From the human T2T-CHM13v2.0 reference genome, Homo sapiens: a stretch of 64,000 bases of DNA. A program made the position numbers and the translations under genes. Of the stretch, positions 57,969 to 64,000 are shown piece by piece. How positions within the stretch are numbered: position 1 is the first letter of the stretch; each line of letters begins with the position of its first letter. The notes under the pieces are model-generated. The model was not told the origin of the DNA, did no database searches, and saw only the letters and a list, made by a program, of their open reading frames with translations. The stretch lies in assembly GCF_009914755.1 (NCBI RefSeq), contig NC_060928.1. The stretch is one strand, 5' to 3'.

Positions 57969-60029
57969 CTAAAGTTTAAAAGCAAAAAGAACAACTGTGA
58001 AAATGTGAATAAGATTACTAAAACAAGAGAGCACTCATACCAAAAAAGATTTAGCTTATGTTTCTCAAGGTTTTTATCATTTCTCATTCATGTCAATGTT
58101 AAAGTATACATTGATGGAGGAGTGGTGATGGGAAGAATTAGAGCACACCTAGGAATTTTAAAACTGAAAGAACAATTCCCAGTATCTCCATAGAGTGCTC
58201 CTCTTCTGAGAGCATAAGTTTGTGGTCCTCACAAGGATCTTACCTCGGCACATAGGTAGGATTAAAATTTTAATGTACTAGAAAAGTATGAAAGGTTGAT
58301 TTAGTATTTTGCTTTAATAACTCACTTCAAAAAGGAGATTGCCTGAGAGAATTATCTATAATAACTACTGTTTAATAATAGTATTGAAATATTTTCAGCT
58401 TACGAAATTTGTTACCGAATTAAGCTGAGCACATCCTCTATAATTTAATGATATGCTGATGTCGGCCAATGACTTGAACCAACGATGTCTACCACTGGCA
58501 TACAGTCTCCCCTGTTCAATGCTCCCCAGCATTCCCTCCTCCCACCACTTGCAACCGAAAGCCATTGAATTACATAATCTTATCATATCTTCCTTCCTCC
58601 CAAGAGCACCTACAAAATTACACAATAAGCAAGTGAGTTAGTCTAAGTCTAGGTAGGTTTGAAGAGTTGCATAAGCCAAGGTTTTATAGCAGTGGGTAAG
58701 AAGAAGAAACAGAAGGTCAGAGGAAAGGTGAGAATCTGAGTGCCCAGGAAAGCTATTTTCTCTCCGGTTCACCTAGAGGTTTTCCATGGCTTCCATCTAA
58801 ATTTACAGCATCGAGTGTAACTCATCAGACTCCATTAACACTGCAGAAGAGCGGTGAGTGTAACTAACTCTGTTCGCTCAAAGATTGTATCATACAAAGC
58901 CTGAAGTTGAATATAGTTGTGCGTACCTGACTATAATATGGGTTGGAACAAATGTAAAACAAATGAGTTCCTAAGTTTTCCATTTGAGAAAAAATACAGT
59001 TTTCAGAATCACAGTGTGCATATGAAAACACTGCAAGAGAAAAATCTAGAAGTGTGGATTAGCACTCCAGGACATGGCAACACCCAAGAGGAATAGATAA
59101 GAGCTGGCAGCATACACTCAGTCTGTGGAAACAATCAGCTACTGAACTGCACAAAATGCAAACAAAACATTCAAAATGCCTCTGCGAAAGAATTGTTGAG
59201 AATGATTCTTCCCACACAGACATGCAGGAACACAATCAGAACTCCTTTTCAGTATAAAATACTCACTAATAAAAGTGTATTAATGTAGACTTTCAATAGG
59301 CATATTATTGCTTCCAAAAGCAAGCACAGTTTGCCAAAAAAGATTCTTAAATGTTTAAAGTTCTGTTAAATTTGTAGCATCAGTAGAGATTTTGTAGTTA
59401 CAGAACTTTGAAAATATTCTTTTTGCTTGTTAGTAGAGATTAGAAGAAAATTAGAAAGTGATCCAAAACAAATTTTCATCAAAAATAACAGTCCAAGGTA
59501 AATTTAGATATTCAAAGGAGGCACAAATGTTTCCAAAATACGAGACAATGGTTAGATTTCCAACTAAAGGAGATAAATAAAAGCTAATTAATGAAACATT
59601 CCACTTCAAAGAGGAAATTTAATCTTAGTGAAACCCAAGGCGATCTTAAACATCACTTTCCATCTACAGCGAACTCTTGCACAAGAGCATCTCTTTCCTC
59701 TATCTTCCCATCACAGAATTAGGTTACTTGTCATGAAACAAGTGTGTTGAATATATTAAGAATCTATCTCAATAGGCAGATTTTAATCCCATGCCTACAA
59801 AAAGAAAGCATCTAACTTTTGTGTCTTGATAAGATTATTCCTTCTAAAACTAATAGTTCATAAAAAATTAAGCTATTCTCTGAGTTCAAATACCTCAACT
59901 GTGTCATAATCCAAATTCATTTACTATCACTGAGGGCTAATGAATTATTTAATATCATCAGTATTAGATTGACAGCACACGAATAAACTGTATTGTATAA
60001 ACAGTGTTATGAACTTCAGGATACATAGT

Positions 60030-60840
60030 ATGCAATGCTGACCACTCCCTCCTTCTGGAAACTCTTCCCTCCCTAGGTATTTCTTATCACATCATTGCCA
60101 GGTTTGCCATCTGCACCTTGACCCTTGTCTCCTCTGCCTACTTGCTATTCAGCAATGGTATTGCTCAAGGCTTACTCCCTGGCCCTCCTCACTTCTAACT
60201 CCATATTCTCTTCTTACAACTCTTTCATACCTGCAGTTTCAATTATAACCAGTACATAAATATATACCAGTCAAAACTCTCATCTGAGCTCCACGATTAT
60301 ATCTGGTTGCCTCTTTAACATCTCTCCGGCAATCTCAAAGGCATCTCAAACTGTTCACAAGGCAACCAGGGACCTTAATCTCCAAGACCTGGTACTTGTC
60401 TCAGACATGGAAACACATGCCATCCATTTACCCAAACCAGGAAATTCATTCTAATACCTTTGTCTCCCTCTCATTCCTATCCAAGCCATTCTTTCACTCA
60501 ATAAATATTTACTAAACACTGACTATGTGCCAGGCCCTGTTACTGTTGCTGAGACTACAGTAACAAGTGACAAAACCCCTTCCTTGCATGGAGCTTACAT
60601 TCCAGTGGTTGTGGATAGAATAGGGTATGTAGCCATGTTAGATAGTGGTAAGTCTTGTCAGTTTTACTCTTAAAAATGTACTAAATTCATTTTCTTACTT
60701 TTCACCATGTCTACCATACCTGCTGAGTCTAATATATCTTCATTTTTTTTACACTAACAACTAGAATATTCTTGTCTGCACAAATGCTCTGTTTTCCTTG
60801 CAATCCATTTTCTACTGTTAAGCCAAAAGGATCTCTAGAT
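60030..60840 (+). mobile_element. L2 fragments, with an oppositely oriented L2 3' piece at ~60490-60610
   Basis: gctgaccactccctccttctggaaactct...; tcactcaataaatatttactaaacactgactatgtgccagg. Confidence 0.65.
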
Positions 60841-60939
60841 GATAATACAGTTAACATTTATTCATCACTTACTATATACCAGGCACTATTCTAAGGACTT
60901 CACGTCCATCATTTAATTCTCATTAATAGCCTAGTGTGA

Positions 60940-61049
60940 TTTTTTTGTTTTTTTTTTGAGATGGAGTCTCATTCTGTCGTCCAGGCTGGAGTGCCGTAGT
61001 GGGATCTCGGCTCATTGCAACCTCTGCCTCCAGGGTTCAAGCCATTCTC
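60940..61049 (-). mobile_element. 5'-truncated Alu (right-arm 3' part)
   Basis: T-tail + GAGATGGAGTCTC...GGGTTCAAGCCATTCTC; degenerate TSD CTAGTGTGATT / CCAGTATGATT. Confidence 0.88.
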
Positions 61050-61624
61050 ACCAGTATGATTACTTGATTAGTGTCGATCTCTTCTATTGGATATAAGCTC
61101 CATCACGGCTAGTTTTACTCACTAACATAGTCTCAGTATTTGGTTCCTACGCATTGTAGGCTTTGAATAACTGTTTTATAACGAATGGAGTCTCCTAGTA
61201 TTTAAATTAACAAGTTTATAGCAAAGAGGGAACATTTTTAGTGGTAAATATCAATTTAACAAATTTGATCTTTATCACAGGAACTAGCATTTAGCATAAT
61301 ACAGCTTTTTAGAAGAGAGTTCTCCATCAATTTTAGAGTATTTCCAAGTATGTGTGTTATTTGTTATTAACACATAAAAATAGAAAATCATAGTATGTTA
61401 AGTTATCTAAAGCATCAAGAGTTAAAATGCACTGGGGGTGGATAAGTCTTCAGTACCTTACCTGCAGGCAATTCTTACTATATTTTAATCTATCTATCTA
61501 CACATATATATATATATATTTTAAAATTTTAAATCTATATATATAGAGAGATTTAAAAACATTATCTAATAGAATATAGGAAAGTTTACTAGATTGTAAT
61601 CTCTGCTTTATTCACTGATGTATT

Positions 61625-61970
61625 AGTGGCAGCCATGACCAGTCTTCACCAATATCCAGCTCTCCACTTCCATGGACCCTGAGATAACACCTTCTCTTTG
61701 CCATGCCACTAGTTCTAATATTGAGCTATAAAGAGATGCGTGCTCCATTTCTGGGCCAAAACATAGAAGAACTGAGATTCCATCCCCTCTCCCCACCCTT
61801 GCTACAATAACCACCTATATTCCACAAAGCAGAATCTTGATTCAGGCTGAATCCCTGATGCCCACCATCACGTGTCTTTGAGTAAGTGAAAAATAAACTT
61901 ATATATTAAGCCACTGACATATGAGACATGATTACCAGCACAGCAAAAGTTTAACACATCCTCATACATA
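61625..61970 (+). mobile_element. Old MaLR LTR (MLT1I/J-like)
   Basis: gccatgccactagttcta...catttctgggccaaa...gtgaaaaataaactt...ttaagccactga. Confidence 0.55.
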
Positions 61971-62469
61971 TCCTAATGAATGCCTGGCAGCTCAAGAGTT
62001 CTTCAAATGTTCTTGCTGAACGGATGAATGAAAAGATGTATTCATTATTCTCACTGATAAAGACAGCTCTTTGTCCAACTATCTAAATTGTTATTTGATT
62101 TGTCCCCCATTTTAGAGAGTATTCTTTCAAACTTTCTATCACTTTACAGTTTGGCATAAACTTCTTGCTAAACTACTCTTACAATTTCTAGTCAATTTCT
62201 TAACAGTGATTTCATTGGAAAACTACTTCATATGATACTATTATCTCACAATACTATTATTACATTCTTTAGGACTGCATGATTAGCAACTTTCTAATAG
62301 TACCTGATTATTATATTATGCCAAAAAGAGTTCTGTTAAAAAAAAACTTCTTGGATACAATTTTATTTGCCACGTACTTTCAAAGATGGAGTACTAGAAA
62401 CCATAGCTAGAGAGATTATAGCTTTGCCAGGGAACAAAACAAAGCAAAACAAGACAGGGAAGGCAGTTT

Positions 62470-62900
62470 TGAGTAGTGATTATAAGGCAGGAGTCTGGAG
62501 CCAAAATGCCTTGTTTGGATTCTGACAGCCCCAGTGTGACTTTGGACAAGTTACCGTACCCCTCCTGCCTCCTCTTATCTGTAAAATAGGGATAAGATCA
62601 ATAACATCTTCAAGGGTTGTTATAAGATTTAGTAAATGTAAAGGACATAGAGTAAGTACAACCTAGAAGCACAATAAATGTTGGTGACTCTTCACAATCA
62701 TGCAGAGCCAAGAGCACTGGATAGGACGGAATTCTGATTCTATCACTTTCTTAGACAAGTTACATGACCTCTCTAAGCCTCAGCTTCCTTACCTTTAAAA
62801 TTGGGTTAACATCCAACTTTCAATGTTATTGAAAAAATTAAACGAGAAAAACATTTGTGAAACACTAGCATGATGCCTAGTAAATTAAAGGTACTCAATG
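62470..62900 (+). mobile_element. Two MIR elements
   Basis: gtgtgactttggacaagtta...tctgtaaaatagggata; gacaagttacatgacctctctaagcctcagcttcc. Confidence 0.75.
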
Positions 62901-63372
62901 ATAATTAGGCTAAACAAAGAAAAGGGAAGTCCAAAAGGCAAAGAAAGTGACAAAAGTGTAGTAAAGACCAATCCCTGTGGACTGCCAAGTCCTACCACAA
63001 TTTAAAGGTTGGCAAGTCTATGTGGAGCAATGCAGGTAGGAGTCTCTTACACTTCTCAGCTAGTGTCTCCATCAAGTATGTCATTTCCAATCAAGAAGAC
63101 TATGCTGTTTTATACACATGCACAACATCTGTTTCTACTCTTAAATACTTGGATGATTTTGAAACTGATGATCTAAATGTTCAATTGACCCATTCCTAAC
63201 ATGGCAAATGCCATCTTAATGAGATCCCAATTTGATCCTCTATAGAAAAAGTGTTAATGTTTGTATAACTTTAAATTGGAGCGTTCTAAATTTCTCACCA
63301 TTTCCTGGCTTTACCATCTTACTTTCCTAAGGATTAACAGATTGTCCTCTCAGACTGGCAAACAACTATTTT

Positions 63373-63982
63373 AGAATAAAATACCTAGGAATACAGCTAA
63401 CTAGGGAGGTGAAAGATCTCTACAAGGAAAACTACAAACCACTGCTCAATGAAATCAGAGATGACAAAACAAATGGAAAACATTCCATGCTGCTGGATAG
63501 AAGAATCAATATTGTAAAAATAGCCATACAGCTCAAAGCAATTTACAGATTCAATGCTATTCCCATTAAACTACCATTCTTTACAGAATGTCAATGAATA
63601 GTTTAAAATTTAACTATTTAAAAATTCATATGGAACCAAAAAGACAGCCCAAATAGCCAAGGCAATTCTAAGCAAAAAGAACAAAGCTGGAGGTATCAAT
63701 TATGCTACCCAACTTCAAACTACACTACAGGGCTACAGTAACCACAATAACATGGTACTAGTAGGAGAACACACATAGACCAATGGAACAGAATAGAGAA
63801 CCCAGAAATAAGACTGCACACCTACAACCATCTGATCTTCGACAAAGCTGACAAAAACAAGCAATGAAGAAAGGAGTCCCTATTCGATAAATAATGCTGG
63901 AATAACTGGTTAGCCATATGTAGAAGACTGAAACTACATCATATACAAAACTCATCTCAAGATGGATTAAAGACTTAAATGA
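63373..63982 (+). mobile_element. L1PA/L1PB ORF2 3' fragment, disrupted
   Basis: Translates to [41 protein letters not shown] (L1 ORF2) with frameshifts. Confidence 0.92.
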
Positions 63983-63983
63983 A

Positions 63984-64000
63984 GGCTGGGCATGGTGGCT
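63984..64000 (+). mobile_element. Start of an Alu, cut by the window edge
   Basis: GGCTGGGCATGGTGGCT. Confidence 0.75.

Noticed and set aside
63409-63597. L1 ORF2-like ORF
   Set aside because: It is a frameshifted fragment of a dead L1 and is annotated as a mobile element.

Overview
Eukaryotic, almost certainly human (Alu, THE1 and MADE1 content), AT-rich intronic DNA lying inside the P4-ATPase phospholipid flippase gene ATP8A1 on the minus strand. I traced 12 coding exons by hand with GT-AG boundaries and consistent reading-frame phases. These are exons 5-15 by my recollection of the RefSeq numbering, covering the A-domain DGET, TM3-TM4 PISL and P-domain DKTGT motifs. They include a duplicated 74-nt mutually exclusive pair (7a/7b) and a 45-nt cassette exon 15. 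Intron 15 holds a CCNL2 processed pseudogene, a full-length THE1 MaLR element with a nested Alu, and a MADE1 hairpin. The other introns carry Alu, L1, L2, MIR, MLT and Tigger/MER remnants. Nearly all ORFs in the supplied track are repeat-derived noise. The most interesting signals concern splicing: (1) the exon 6-7a junction regenerates a 5' splice site, so recursive splicing could switch the exon pair; (2) immediate stop codons result if both or neither exon 7 is used; (3) exon 7b has a ~130-nt AG-exclusion zone; (4) a UG-repeat-containing, in-frame cryptic exon resembles TDP-43 targets; (5) an inverted AluY pair brackets a stop-free 294-nt exon 11-12 circle; (6) a double-hairpin templated-insertion scar lies between 7a and 7b. 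No prokaryotic features (CRISPR, operons) are present. Repeat subfamily calls and exon numbers come from memory and were not computed.
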